Below, in pieces: positions 25,001-35,893 of a stretch of 64,000 nt of DNA. Numbering within the stretch: position 1 is the first letter of the stretch; every line of letters starts with the position of its first letter. Source of the DNA: Asterias rubens (taxonomy: Eukaryota); contig NC_047072.1 of assembly GCF_902459465.1 (NCBI RefSeq), positions 13,578,001 through 13,642,000 on the forward strand, given 5' to 3'. The translations under genes were made by a program, and so were the position numbers. The notes below the pieces were generated by a model that saw only the letters and a program-made list of their open reading frames with translations, was not told where the DNA came from and made no database searches.

Positions 25001-28000
25001 GCGAGTGACTCAGCGGACAATCCTCCAATCAAATGGCAAGGATCTGCTTGGGTGTTATATAAAAACTTATATCCTTTCAAAAAGACTCTGCTAGGGTCAA
25101 AAAGTCAAGTCACTGACACTTTCTAAATTATACCATGTGTCATTTTGGTTGAGAAGCAGTTTACAATGACTAATTCCTTCTTCTTTTTATATGACAAACA
25201 TTTTCAATCAGTAGACTTCATATCAAATGCAATTATATAAAAAAAAACAAGTATACATTTTCTGAGCATACAAACTTTGTAATAATAATTAGTATTTATA
25301 ATAATTAGTATTTAACATCTATTATATAGTGTTTTATTATTATATTTCTGGTAAAGAAACTAAGGATGCCTCATACGTAAACTTAATTACTGTATAGTAG
25401 CTCATAGGCCCAAGGAAACCTGTAAACAAAGGTGCTTGCTATGTGACCCAGAAACACCTGGGTAAAACGCTACTCTTCCATGATAAGTGCTCTGCAGTTG
25501 ATTTCATGAAACTAATCCTATCCTAGTACTAATCCTATCTCGAGTTAGGACGAGTAACCCGTCCTAACTTAGGATGGGTTTGATGCGTCCTAACGTCTTC
25601 GGATACAGAACTGAACTCGTCCTAAGTCCGAAGATTAGAGTTTTGTTGAAATCAACGGCTGGGTTCTTTAACTTGTACTACAAATCCTAGCACGTGAGAC
25701 CTGTAGATTAACGTCTTATCCAAAGAACAAATCAATTATGGTAAAGTATTGCTCAAAAAGTGCCATAACTCGGACTTTAATCCACACTCTGCTGGAACAT
25801 ATCTTGGGAATAGAAAGAAGTTTGCATCGGTTCAAATCCCACCCGAGTAATATGCCTGTGATTTTTTGACAGAGCTCGGGAAAGTAAAGAGTATACGGTG
25901 TAAACACACATCGATTTGTATGGGTGAAACCAAAATTAATATCTTAGGAATTTGCAAACATTGAATCTATTTCAGAGGGTATACCAGGCGCAGAAGTACC
26001 TCCATAACTCCAACAAGGAAGCTCTTAAAGACTCCATCAAGGCCGCAATGTGTCCGTTCCTGGTCCTTGAGGTCAGGAGAGACTCCTTGATCAGAGACAC
26101 CCTGGCCCAGATGAGATTAAAACGTCGAGACCTTAAGAAGCCCCTGAAGATTAAGTATGTTGGCGGTGGTGAACAGGTACAGTCATGCAGTCCGTTTTAT
26201 TCTTCTTTATAACAAGCTGGCGCTGTTGTAGATATTCTATTCTATTTGCCATATTGGAACCCCCCCCCCCTGCTTATTCTATTTGCCATGCTGGAAACCC
26301 CCAGCTTTTTGTGTTTTTTTAATTAGCTTGAAATTCCTCAGCCCTCTGATGTTGAAAGCAAATTGTTTGTTTAATAAGGGGCCAAAAAGCTTATTAAGAC
26401 CCAGCGAATGAACATTGGTCACTTGTTTAGAAAAATCCGTATTGTTTACAGGTGTTCTCACATTGCTGTTCAATTTGATATTTGATTTGTTTTTCTCTCT
26501 TTTGTCTCTTTCAGTAGCTGTAAAATTATGGCAATTATTTGTTGTATGAAGTAGTTCAATTATTTTGTTTTTGCTGTTCAAACCTTGGGCTTCAACAAAT
26601 CAATAAAACAATTTATTTCACCATTCGTGAATTTAATTGAAATAATCCTCAGCCTAAAAATGCCATTAGTAGCAACAGAAGCAACCATTTCTGTCTTGTA
26701 AGTGAGGAATTTTTTTAAGACAAATAATTTTAAATATATTAGAGAATTTGTGTTTGAATCATGAGGTAAATTTTGAAATAAAACTCTCAAAAATAAAGTA
26801 TCTTTCAGTCACTTTTCATAGTGGTACATATGATTACTGTATGATTTAATGTGTTCAGCAAAATAATAATGGTTTATAATTACATAATTTAAAACCTAGT
26901 TTGCTTTAATGGTGCAGTTAAGTTTTGATTCATTGGTACAAATATTTGTCTTAATTTGTACGCATAAGTTTCCTTTGTTTAAAGGAACATTACAGATTTG
27001 GTAAGAAACAAAAATCGTGAATATCACAGATTTATATAACACTTACACGGTCTAATGATGATGATAGTAGAAAACTTCCCATGAAATATTTCTGTCTGAA
27101 ATGTCATATTTGATGAGAAATAAATGATCTAACTTCGCGTTTGGAGTTTATCGCTCAGTGAGCGTTTTATTCATTTTTATTTTGGCATCGATGCAATGCA
27201 ACATTTGTAATTGTTTTTTCACTATTCTCTCGTGACCCAGATGGCCGATCGATCTCAAACTTCTACAGGTTTGTCAGTTTATGTATATGGTGGATTACAT
27301 AAAGTGCTTACACTGCCAGCAACTGTTTTGTAAGAAAAAACCAATTCTGTAATGTTCCTTTAAACATTTGAAATTCCAACTTTCCTGTCACGTTTCAGGG
27401 TTTAGACATGGGTGGTCTTCAAAAAGAGTTTTTCCAGCTCATCACAGAAGCCGTGTTTGATCCTAAATACGCAATGTTCACATTTGTAGAAGAGTCAAGA
27501 ACACTCTGGATCAATGGTGAGTCTGTTATGTATTACAACCTTTAAAGGCAGTGGACACTATTGGTAATTACTCAAAATAATTATTAGCATAAAACCTTAC
27601 TTGGTAAAGAGTAATGGAGAGCTGTTGGTGGTATAAAATATTTTGAGAAACGGCTCCCTCTGAAGTAACGTAGTTTTTGAGAAAGAAGTAATTTTCCACT
27701 AATTTGATTCCGAGACCTCAAGTTTAGAATTTGAGGTCTCGAAATCAAGCATCTGAAAGCACGCAACTTAGTGTGACAAGGGTGTTTTTTCTTTCATTAT
27801 TATCTCGCAACTTCGATGACCAATTGAGCTCAAATGTTCACAGGTTTGTTATTTTATGCATATGTTGAGATACACCAAGTGAGAAGACTGGTCTTTGACA
27901 ATACCCAATAGTGTCCACTGCCTTTAAAGACCATTCATTTCTGTAAAATCATCTCCATACGCCCAGACATTGCTTATCTTGTTGCTTTTTTGGCACCGCT

Positions 28001-31000
28001 ATTTTCAGGTAAAATGTCAGGAAAATTAATAAGAAACAGAAACACATATTTTTTTAAGTTGTTGATTCTATGTTTAAATGGGAAACATTGGAAAATGTCA
28101 ATTCGGTCCCAAACCTTTCCTTTTACCCCATTGTTTGAGCATAAGTTGCTAAAATATTACGGCCGTTTGCGGCCGCTCTGTGCATTTTTGACAGTTAAAG
28201 GGCAAGTCTTTAGAAATCATGTAGCTAAGTAATTACAATATCAGTAAAAAAAAAATTAGTGTTTGGATGTCTGCAAGGTGAATACTTATAATAATTTAAT
28301 TATGTTATGCTTTTTATCTGATTATTCAGGCATGCAACTTTTCCTCGGATCAGCTAATTTCCTCTCTTTTTATTTTCAGCTTTACCATTCAAAATTTAAA
28401 AATACTGTACAAAATCATTGAAATTTTGTAATTTCCTCTTTTTTGGTGAAGTTGCAGTTGCATGCCTGATTATTGTTATAGCCTCATTGCTAAGGTCAAA
28501 CAATGGAATAGTGTTCATGCCGCGTACACTTCCCAGCTAATGATAGGTCTTCATTGACCTCAATGAGGGTACTTTTTAGTGCTTGTGACATCATATGCAA
28601 GGAGTCTATTTTAACGTTTGCCTGGAATTTGTCTGTTACCCTAGGTGCTTCGTTAGAATCGAGAGATGAGTTTGAGCTGGTTGGGTCTCTCTTAGGACTG
28701 GCCATCTATAATGGCATCATTCTGGATGCACACTTTCCAACGGCAATCTACAAGAAGCTCCACCAGGAAAAGATGGATCTACAGGACCTCCTAGAGGTGC
28801 AGCCATCACTGGGGAATGGTTTAAAGGAACTCCTGGAGTACGAAGGAGATGTGGAAAACACCTTCTGCCAGACCTTTCAGGTATGATGGATTGGTGGCTA
28901 CTTGGGGTGCTTGGGTAAAGAAAAGGTATGTGGAATGAACCTTCTGCGCAACCTTCAAGGCGACATGGGTACCTAACTTCATGATAAATGGCTGTGGGAT
29001 AGGGGTGTCGTGGCCGAGTGGATAAGAACACCAAACTCAAGCTCTGGTGTTTCTGTTCAGCAGAGTGTGGGTTCGAATCCCGGTCTGATTAATTCATGTG
29101 TACTATTTGCCTTCTTTCAGATTTCATTCACTTCACTTGGGGATGAGGTAGTAACCGTTGATTTACTACCAGATGGTTCTCAGATTGCAGTCACTAATCA
29201 GGTAATAAAAGATCACTGATTTAAGGCACTGGACACGTTTGGTAATTGTCAAAGACCAGTGTTCTCACTTGGTGTATCCCAACATATAAATAAAATAACA
29301 AACCTGTGAAAATTTTAGCTCAATTGGTCATCAATGTTGCAAAAGAATAATGAATGCAGCACAACTTTGTGTGCTTTCAGATCGGAATAAAAGACTTCAA
29401 GTGAAGTATTTTATTATTTGAGTGAGAAATTACCTCTTTCTCAAAAACTTCATAACTTCAGAGGGAGCTGTCTCCCACAATGTTTTATACTATCAACAGC
29501 TCTCCATTGCTAGCTACCAAGTAAGTTGGTATGCTAATAATTATTTTGAGTGATTACCAATAGAGTCCAGTGCCTGTAAAGAGGAAGGGAAATGCCACTT
29601 TCAATTTTGTGATGTACTAATGTACTAATTTTCCAATAGATGGAGTCCTCATGTGATCACGAGTGGGGATATATTACAAATCTCATGTCTATTGAAGCCA
29701 AAGCTTGTTGAAGTTCTGTCAGCCATTTTGAAGCTATGTTTATGTCAACATCAGGCAAACACAGTCATAGCTAATACAGATCTAAAACCAATGTCTGTGA
29801 TCACTTGGTAGGAGTTTGCTGGATTTGTAGAGAGTTTTATTTTGAATATCCCTCTATAACTAAAAATAAAAGGCAATGTAGTTGATTGATTCCACCTGTT
29901 TATTTTTTGCAGAATCGAGAGGAGTTTGTGAGGTTGTATGTTCAGCATGTGTTGGTGGACAGCGTGGCTGCTCAGTTTGAGGCCTTTGCACATGGCTTTC
30001 AAACAGTATGTGGAGGGTCGGCACTACGTCTCTTTCAAGCAGCTGAGACTGAGATGCTAGTTTGTGGGAGTCCGGAGCTAGACTTTGAAGCGTTGGAAGC
30101 TTCGGCTACCTATGAGGACGGCTACACAAGGTAGTTACTCTGTTCATTATATATTTGGTTTGCGGTAACACCATGTGTGTATCTACTTGCCACGTAGAGC
30201 TTGTTCTTAGAGAATTGCTTAATTCTACTACCGCGGAGTAGATTATTCGGGTGAACACCCGATTAATCTACTCAGTTCTAAAAAAACTGTCCAGTTTATT
30301 AACTATTACCTGTGCGGATGGTATAGAAATAGGCTGGGACTACTTCTTTAGCTGATAGGATCGTAATTAACTGTACTACTGTGGAGTCAGTTCTTGAGTT
30401 GGTCTCAACGTTTCGACTAGCTTGCTCTAGTCATCGTCAGGAAACTAAAGAGGTAAGAGATAAGTGGGCTTATTTGTAGGGGTTCCAGAGGATCCAGTGT
30501 AAGTCAGTATACTCTGTTCATGTTTGTTAGTAACAGCTGGAGAACGTTTTGCTAGATTAAAATTGAAGAGTGTCGTGGGCAAGTTGCCTAGTACTTTGGG
30601 CTCAAGTTCTGATTCACTGAGTTACCAGAGTATGGATTTGAATCCTATTCATAATACCTGTTTTTTGTGGCAAGGCACTAAGCCATAACTGCGTCTCGTC
30701 ACCAGGGAATAAATAGGTTACTGCTAGGGTAGGGGTTGTTTATGTTAATGAAAAGCAATCTGTACAGCAAGCTGGCTACCGGTGCTGCATATTCCAAAGG
30801 AGTTGAGACGGTTTCAGGAATGCTTAAGGCCCAATCAAAGTGTCTATAATTGTATTTTGTTTAACGTTTTTTAACAAAAGGGCATTTATGAATGGGATAA
30901 AAGAGTAGTGACTCGTTCTTAAATGTCCAGTTAAAACCTTGCAGGGTCGTTGCCGTGCGATAAAAGACCTCGCCTTCGGCTCGGGCCTTTATCACACAGC

Positions 31001-32054
31001 AACGACCCTGCCGGTTTTTAACGGCCGTTTAAGAACTCGTCGCTACCCTTTTATTCCCTTTATTAAAATCAACAGTGGTAGTAATAGTGTAACAAGGACC
31101 TAAGGAAACTTGGTTTAAACATAACACCTATTATCATTTTCATGGAGCTACACGTATTGACCATTTCAAAGATTTAACATTTTCATGAATTTTTGTAACA
31201 GTTAGTGAATTTTTTTTTTGAAGTTGCTGAATTTGGTATGATCTTTTGTAGGACGCATTCCACCATCATAGCATTCTGGACAATAGTGCATTCACTAAGC
31301 ATAAAAAAGAAGAGAAAACTTCTCCACTTTATCACAGGAAGTGACAAAGTAAGTTAAATAAATTTGTATTTCCTTGAAATTGCATTTTGAATGTATATAT
31401 ATTTGTAATGAAATTTGATGTCTAGTGCCTAAATATTGTCTTTAAGGCAGTGGACACTATTGGTAATTACTCAAAATTTGGTAGAGAATTATGGAGAGCT
31501 GTTGATAGTATAAAACATTGTGAGAAACGTCTCCCTCTTAAGTAACGTAGTTTTCAAGAATAAAGTATTTTTCCATGAATTTGATTTCGAGACCTCAGAA
31601 TTAGATTTTGAGGTCTCGACATCAAGCATCTGAAAGCACACAACTTCTTGTGACAAGGGTGTTTTTTCTTTCATTGTTATCTCGCAACCTTGACGACCAA
31701 TTGAGCTCAAATTTTCACAGGTTTGTTATGTTATGCATATGTTGAGATACACCAAGTGAGAAGACTGGTGTTTTACAATTACCAAAGGTGTCCAGTGTCT
31801 TTAAAGAGTATCTTTTCAAAGGCAAGGTTTCTGCGATAAATGTTCACATTGTTTGTGTCTTGTCACAGGTCCCCTTGAAGGGTTTGTCCAAGCTGCCTAT
31901 AGTTATCCAGCGTAATGGACCCGAGTCGGATCGTCTCCCTACTGCCATGACTTGCTTCAATCGTCTACTGCTGCCAGCTTACAACAGTCAGGAGGTACTG
32001 AAACAGAAGTTACTTGTTGCCATTGAGAACAGTAAAGGATTTGGATTGACATGA
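16060..32054 (+). CDS. UBE3A/E6AP-like HECT E3 ubiquitin ligase with internal AZUL zinc finger, 19 coding exons, about 1132 aa
   Basis: Exons: 16060-16232, 16642-16758, 17866-18074, 18546-18609, 18746-19276, 19960-20203, 20703-20804, 21449-21622, 22114-22310, 22800-22943, 24013-24241, 24487-24564, 25976-26176, 27399-27516, 28645-28880, 29121-29201, 29913-30130, 31252-31348, 31869-32054; 3399 nt, phases consistent. AZUL motif [21 protein letters not shown]; HECT motifs [42 protein letters not shown] and terminal -4 Phe (KGFGLT*). The start codon (16060 versus 16111) and the orthology (UBE3A versus HECTD2-like paralog) are uncertain. Confidence 0.92.
19330..19752 (+). mobile_element. Penelope-like element remnant (pseudo-LTR type) carrying a hammerhead motif
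   Basis: Homologous along its length to 30147-30520 (reverse). It contains the CTGACGA...CGAAACGT signature characteristic of PLE termini. The terminal motif GGTGTTACCGCAAACC also appears at about 32682 and 45408. Confidence 0.65.
19403..19446 (+). ncRNA. Minimal type I hammerhead ribozyme motif
   Basis: Stem I GTCTC/GAGAC, core CTGACGA, stem II GACTAG/CTAGGC, GAAA, palindromic stem III ACGT, cleavage triplet GUU. Confidence 0.7.
20379..20549. mobile_element. Small MITE (TIR CTGGTTCATACTTCCTGC)
   Basis: Perfect 18-bp inverted termini CTGGTTCATACTTCCTGC / GCAGGAAGTATGAACCAG. Confidence 0.75.
21255..21405 (+). mobile_element. tRNA-derived SINE, third family (GAATCCCACCCGAG...CACATCGG..TATGGGTAAAACC)
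   Basis: Homologous copies at about 25810-25950, 32180-32345 and 33860-33950; B-box-like GGTTTGAATCC. Confidence 0.7.
24576..25075. mobile_element. Non-autonomous DNA element with a long internal hairpin centred on CGAGGCGGAGCCGAG
   Basis: Inverted arms about 24590-24655 versus 24668-24740. A similar hairpin centred on CTCGCCTTCGGCTCGG occupies 30885-31064. Confidence 0.6.
26979..27363. mobile_element. Kolobok-like MITE family 2 (TTAA|AGGAACATTACAGA...TGTAATGTTCCT|TTAA)
   Basis: TTAA TSD and AG/CT termini; further copies at 52086-52450 (full) and about 40670-40896 (partial). Confidence 0.85.
27542..27927. mobile_element. Kolobok-like MITE family 1
   Basis: TTAA|AGGCAGTGGACACTATTGGTAATT ... 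CAATAGTGTCCACTGCCT|TTAA. Confidence 0.88.
29221..29579. mobile_element. Kolobok-like MITE family 1, opposite orientation to the 27542 and 31442 copies
   Basis: Begins with the GACCAG-type end and finishes with the CTAATAATTATTTTGAG end. Confidence 0.85.
30147..30520 (-). mobile_element. Penelope-like element remnant carrying a hammerhead motif
   Basis: Reverse complement aligns with 19330-19752. Confidence 0.65.
30402..30445 (-). ncRNA. Minimal type I hammerhead ribozyme motif
   Basis: Minus strand reads GTTTC CTGACGA T GACTAG AGCAAG CTAGTC GAAA CGT T GAGAC: stem I with one G-U pair and a perfect 6-bp stem II. Confidence 0.72.
31442..31804. mobile_element. Kolobok-like MITE family 1
   Basis: TTAA-flanked, same TIRs. 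Other copies at 39209-39578, 55446-55832 and 59575-60036; partial copies at about 16290-16568 and 22416-22620. Confidence 0.85.
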
Positions 32055-33281
32055 CTGTGTGTGTCTGGTTTGTTGTGGATAGGACTTGTTAAAGGAAAGA
32101 AAGGAAGGGAGTGAAAAGGTATCAGTGCAATTTTTGGAATGTAATAGAGTAGGATAAAAGAGACGGTTAAGGAAAATAAAAGATGGTCTAGTTGGTATGA
32201 AACTGCTCTAGAATTGCAAAGGTCGTGGGTTGGAATCCCACCTGAGTAATATGCCTGCAATTTTTTCACAGAACTCAGGGAAAGAGTATACAGTGCTAAC
32301 ACACATCGGTTTATATGGGTAAAACCAAAATGAATATTCTCTATCCCCTGTGCAAATTTAACATCTATTTATAATTACCTCAAACAGTTTCGCTATTCCT
32401 ATTGGTGGAGAGGGCGTCACGTGGGGGTGTTTAAACTGTTGATTATGACCAGCTGGAGTGTTTTCCGGGTGTTTTCGGACACGTTTAGATGCATACTACT
32501 AAGCCCACAAATGCATATCCAAAAACTGTCTCAGTCATAAAAATCCAACACGCGTACAGAGCTTAAAGACATCGGAAACGGATAAGTGCTCCACCAACTG
32601 AGATATCTTGCTTTAATGTTGGCAGTCCCTCATTTTGTCAAATTCAGAACCACCCACAACTCATTAGAGACAGTCATTACATGGTGTTACCGCAAACCTT
32701 TCTATTGTATTTCCACCAAGCAAAGTTTCAAATCCTACAATGCATGCTGCCGATGAATAATAAGACAGAATCTATTCGTGGGAAAATGAAAAGGGTTAAG
32801 CTATGTTAAACCTTGGATAACCTAACCTTGCCGAATTTTATGAAATCTGTTGACTCTAGATGCCCAAAATAAATACCTTATGTTTGGACCAGGACAAAAC
32901 AAAACTGCAATAAAGTATATGAACTTTTGGGGAATACAGTATTTGAAACTAGTTTTTGAAATTTAATGAATAATTTTTTTAAGAACAAAAGAACTGTACA
33001 AATTCTCTCCTAAAAAGTACTTAAATTGTGTGATGTAATTGATTAAATTAAATTGATTAAATTAATAGTATTTATTGCTCTTTCTTAGTGACTTGTTGCA
33101 TTATAAATTAAATGTGACACTTTATTGCACTATTTTTCTGAATTAAACAAATGTGAATAGCACAGAAATGATATCACAGTTAATCAGTATTTATTATTGG
33201 TATTTTTGTGTGATGTTCAAATCCCATAGAATGCATTTTAAGTATTGCACACGTTTGAGTTTCTTGAAAATTTAAACATCA

Positions 33282-33548
33282 GAGCGGCTACAGCTATGGC
33301 TGTTGGCTGCTGAAGTGACAGCAGCTATGGCTGTTGGCTGCTGAAGTGACAGTGGCTACAGCTATGGCTGTTGGCTGCTAAAGTGGCAGCGGCTACAGCT
33401 ATGGCTGTTGGCTGCTGAAGTGACAGCAGCTATGGCTGTTGGCTGCTGAAGTGACAGTGGCTACAGCTATGGCTGTTGGCTGCTAAAGTGGCAGCGGCTA
33501 CAGCTATGGCTGTTGGCTGCTGAAGTGACAGCGGCTACAGCTATGGCT
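33282..33548. repeat. GC-rich minisatellite with a 31/37/37-bp higher-order structure
   Basis: CAGCTATGGC recurs at 33291, 33322, 33359, 33396, 33427, 33464, 33501 and 33538. Confidence 0.9.
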
Positions 33549-34867
33549 TGCAGTGTCACTCTGGACGAGTTACCCTTTTTTTAAACCACCTACAGGGGCT
33601 TGGGCTCAACTTTCTGGCAGAGTCCCAATCCAAGCCTAAGCGACGGCTGTAGATATTATGTCCTCTAATCTGTTTTAGGCCTGATTTGAATCCCTAGAGT
33701 GTTATAGATGTAGATACAATGACTACCAGACTCCAGACCACTAGCCCTCTAAGCTCATTTTGCTCGTGATATGGGGCATGGTGTACCCCTCCCCCCCCCC
33801 CCCCCGGCACATTACTTGGGTGGGATTTAAACCCGCTCTTGTGATAAGACATCTGCTCTAAGATGGCAACGGTCATGGGCTTGAATCCCACCCAATTGAT
33901 TTGCCTGGGGATTTTTTTCACAAAATCTGGTAGAGTATACAGTGCTTAAAACTCAAAATATCTACATAAAACAATGTGGCAGTTTACAAGCTTTTACTAA
34001 GTACAACACATGTATTGAGTATAGAGCCCAACTTATGTGGTCTTAAAAGTACAAAATTACCTGTCACTTCTTTTTTACGTGCTCAGAGCATTGTTCAGAA
34101 CCCCTTTTTTTTTTTAAACGTCTTCTTTTTCGTTTCATTGTTGTCCCCGTTGATTATCGGCTAAAAAAAAAAAAAAACCAGAATTTCTAAGCTTGCACAA
34201 CCTTCAACATTCCCACTAGAAGAAAATACCGCTGTAGTGACGCCATGATGACGTCATTAGGACCCAGTTTCATAGAGCAGTTAAGCAGAAAATTCTGCTT
34301 AGCAAAGTTTTTGGCTAAGCTTAGCAAAGTTTTTGGCTAAGCAAGAAATGACTTAGGTACCAGTCAGTATGGTGTTCTGTTTGGTAACCTAATTATGCTA
34401 AGCAAAAATTTTTTCGTGCTAAGCAATTTTTTTGTGCTTATAAAATAGGCTTTATGAAATTGGGCCCTGGTATGTAAATCAAAGTTTACTGTGAAAAAAC
34501 AAATCATAACTCATGAACCGCACAATGAATTTTTATAATCTATAGATCAATGGAAAGGTACTAATTTTTTTTACACTGTACAAAATGTCACCTCATTTGA
34601 CCTTGACTTCCGGTTCAAATTTTTAACAATTCATATGCTTATAACATTAACATTTAAAATAAAATAAAAACCTACACAATCAAAGTGAACTGCTGATTTC
34701 AACGGGTTCTTAATGGCTTAAGATTAAGCCCTTCAGTAAAATTATATTAAATTTGACTTATTTATTAATTATAATCATTGATTAGTCACTCGGTAAGGTC
34801 TAACAGGCAAACATGTGGTTTTCTCTGCCAGTTTGTAACCAAAAGATTATTTGATCGATGCATCAAC

Positions 34868-35893
34868 TCAGTTTTTTTCACGTATTTTCATGCTGGATTT
34901 TTTCAGAGAAACGCAGTTGTCGTTAGGAAATCCAGCCCACCTAATGCCTTCATGCCCAACACACCTCCAGTCTTTGACATAGTTTCCATTCAATTGGCTT
35001 TTCGTACAGACATTAAACCACCATCCTCCTTCATAATAAGTTGCACAATTATTGTCATAGTTATCATTGTCCCTGTCTTTTGTTGTAAAAGCCATTGTAT
35101 TATGATATGAGAGAGAGTCAGAAGCTGTGCCCCGATACTCACTTATATACAGCGAGTATTTCTCCCCCACAATTTTGAACTGGTTATACTGAGCCCATGC
35201 AGTGTTATTACTTCTCCCGTCTTCAAGATCAACTCTCAGCTCCCATCCACCTTGAGACTCATCAGAAGTCAGGCCAACCAGGTTATCATTACCGAGCCAG
35301 AACTCACCTGAAAGAGACCCAAACCCAGACTTGTACTCGTCCCATCCTCGGTTGAAGTCCACGCTACCGTCTTGTCTGCTTTGGAACACAATCCATCCTC
35401 CACCGGCAGAATCCATGTCACAGTAGACTTGCAATTTATCCAATCCATCTGGGCAGATGAAGTAGACTCCACTTGTAAGATGCCCAGCCTCTTTGAGCGT
35501 TTTGCAACTTGTGAAGTTATTCAAGCAGGGATCAGGCTTGGAGAATAAGGGTGTGTCATGCAGTGCGTCAAAATACATACTACCTTGTGCTTCAATAAGG
35601 TCGTTAGGATACCCAACCCTTGTTGTACTACTCAACTCACACAATTTAGTAGCTTCTTGAAAGTTGAATGACTTGCAATTAGTATCCATGCTGCAGTCTC
35701 GTCCACAAATGACATGATTTGGCACAGTTTTGTTCTTATATACAAAGTTTTTGAGGATAACATTCGTTGCAGTGGGAAAGTTTTTATTAATTAAACCACA
35801 TTCCAATCCAAATGTCAGTTGTGCTGACACTAAAATTACTATTAAAATCATTTTACTGTCAAGCGTTGGCTTCCAAAGTTTTTGTTGAATCAT
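34868..35893 (-). CDS. Secreted fibrinogen-related protein (signal peptide + PAN/Apple domain + fibrinogen C-terminal domain), single coding exon, up to 341 aa
   Basis: Uninterrupted ORF with hydrophobic leader MILIVILVSAQLTFG, PAN-like CGRDCSMDTNCKSFNF...CELS, and FReD motifs VYCDM, GGWIVFQSRQDGSVDFNRGWDEYKSGFG, GEFWLGNDNL, FTTKDRDND and GGWWFNVC. Confidence 0.93.
   Translation of the reverse strand: MIQQKLWKPTLDSKMILIVILVSAQLTFGLECGLINKNFPTATNVILKNFVYKNKTVPNHVICGRDCSMDTNCKSFNFQEATKLCELSSTTRVGYPNDLIEAQGSMYFDALHDTPLFSKPDPCLNNFTSCKTLKEAGHLTSGVYFICPDGLDKLQVYCDMDSAGGGWIVFQSRQDGSVDFNRGWDEYKSGFGSLSGEFWLGNDNLVGLTSDESQGGWELRVDLEDGRSNNTAWAQYNQFKIVGEKYSLYISEYRGTASDSLSYHNTMAFTTKDRDNDNYDNNCATYYEGGWWFNVCTKSQLNGNYVKDWRCVGHEGIRWAGFPNDNCVSLKKSSMKIREKN

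Noticed and set aside
24782-25126. 114-aa ORF in a HECT intron
   Set aside because: It lies within a non-autonomous DNA element and has no splice-compatible role or recognisable domain.
33282-33548. CRISPR-like array (also considered for 15257-15655 and 41381-41945)
   Set aside because: The units are contiguous tandem copies with no unique spacers, there are no cas genes, and the context is eukaryotic.
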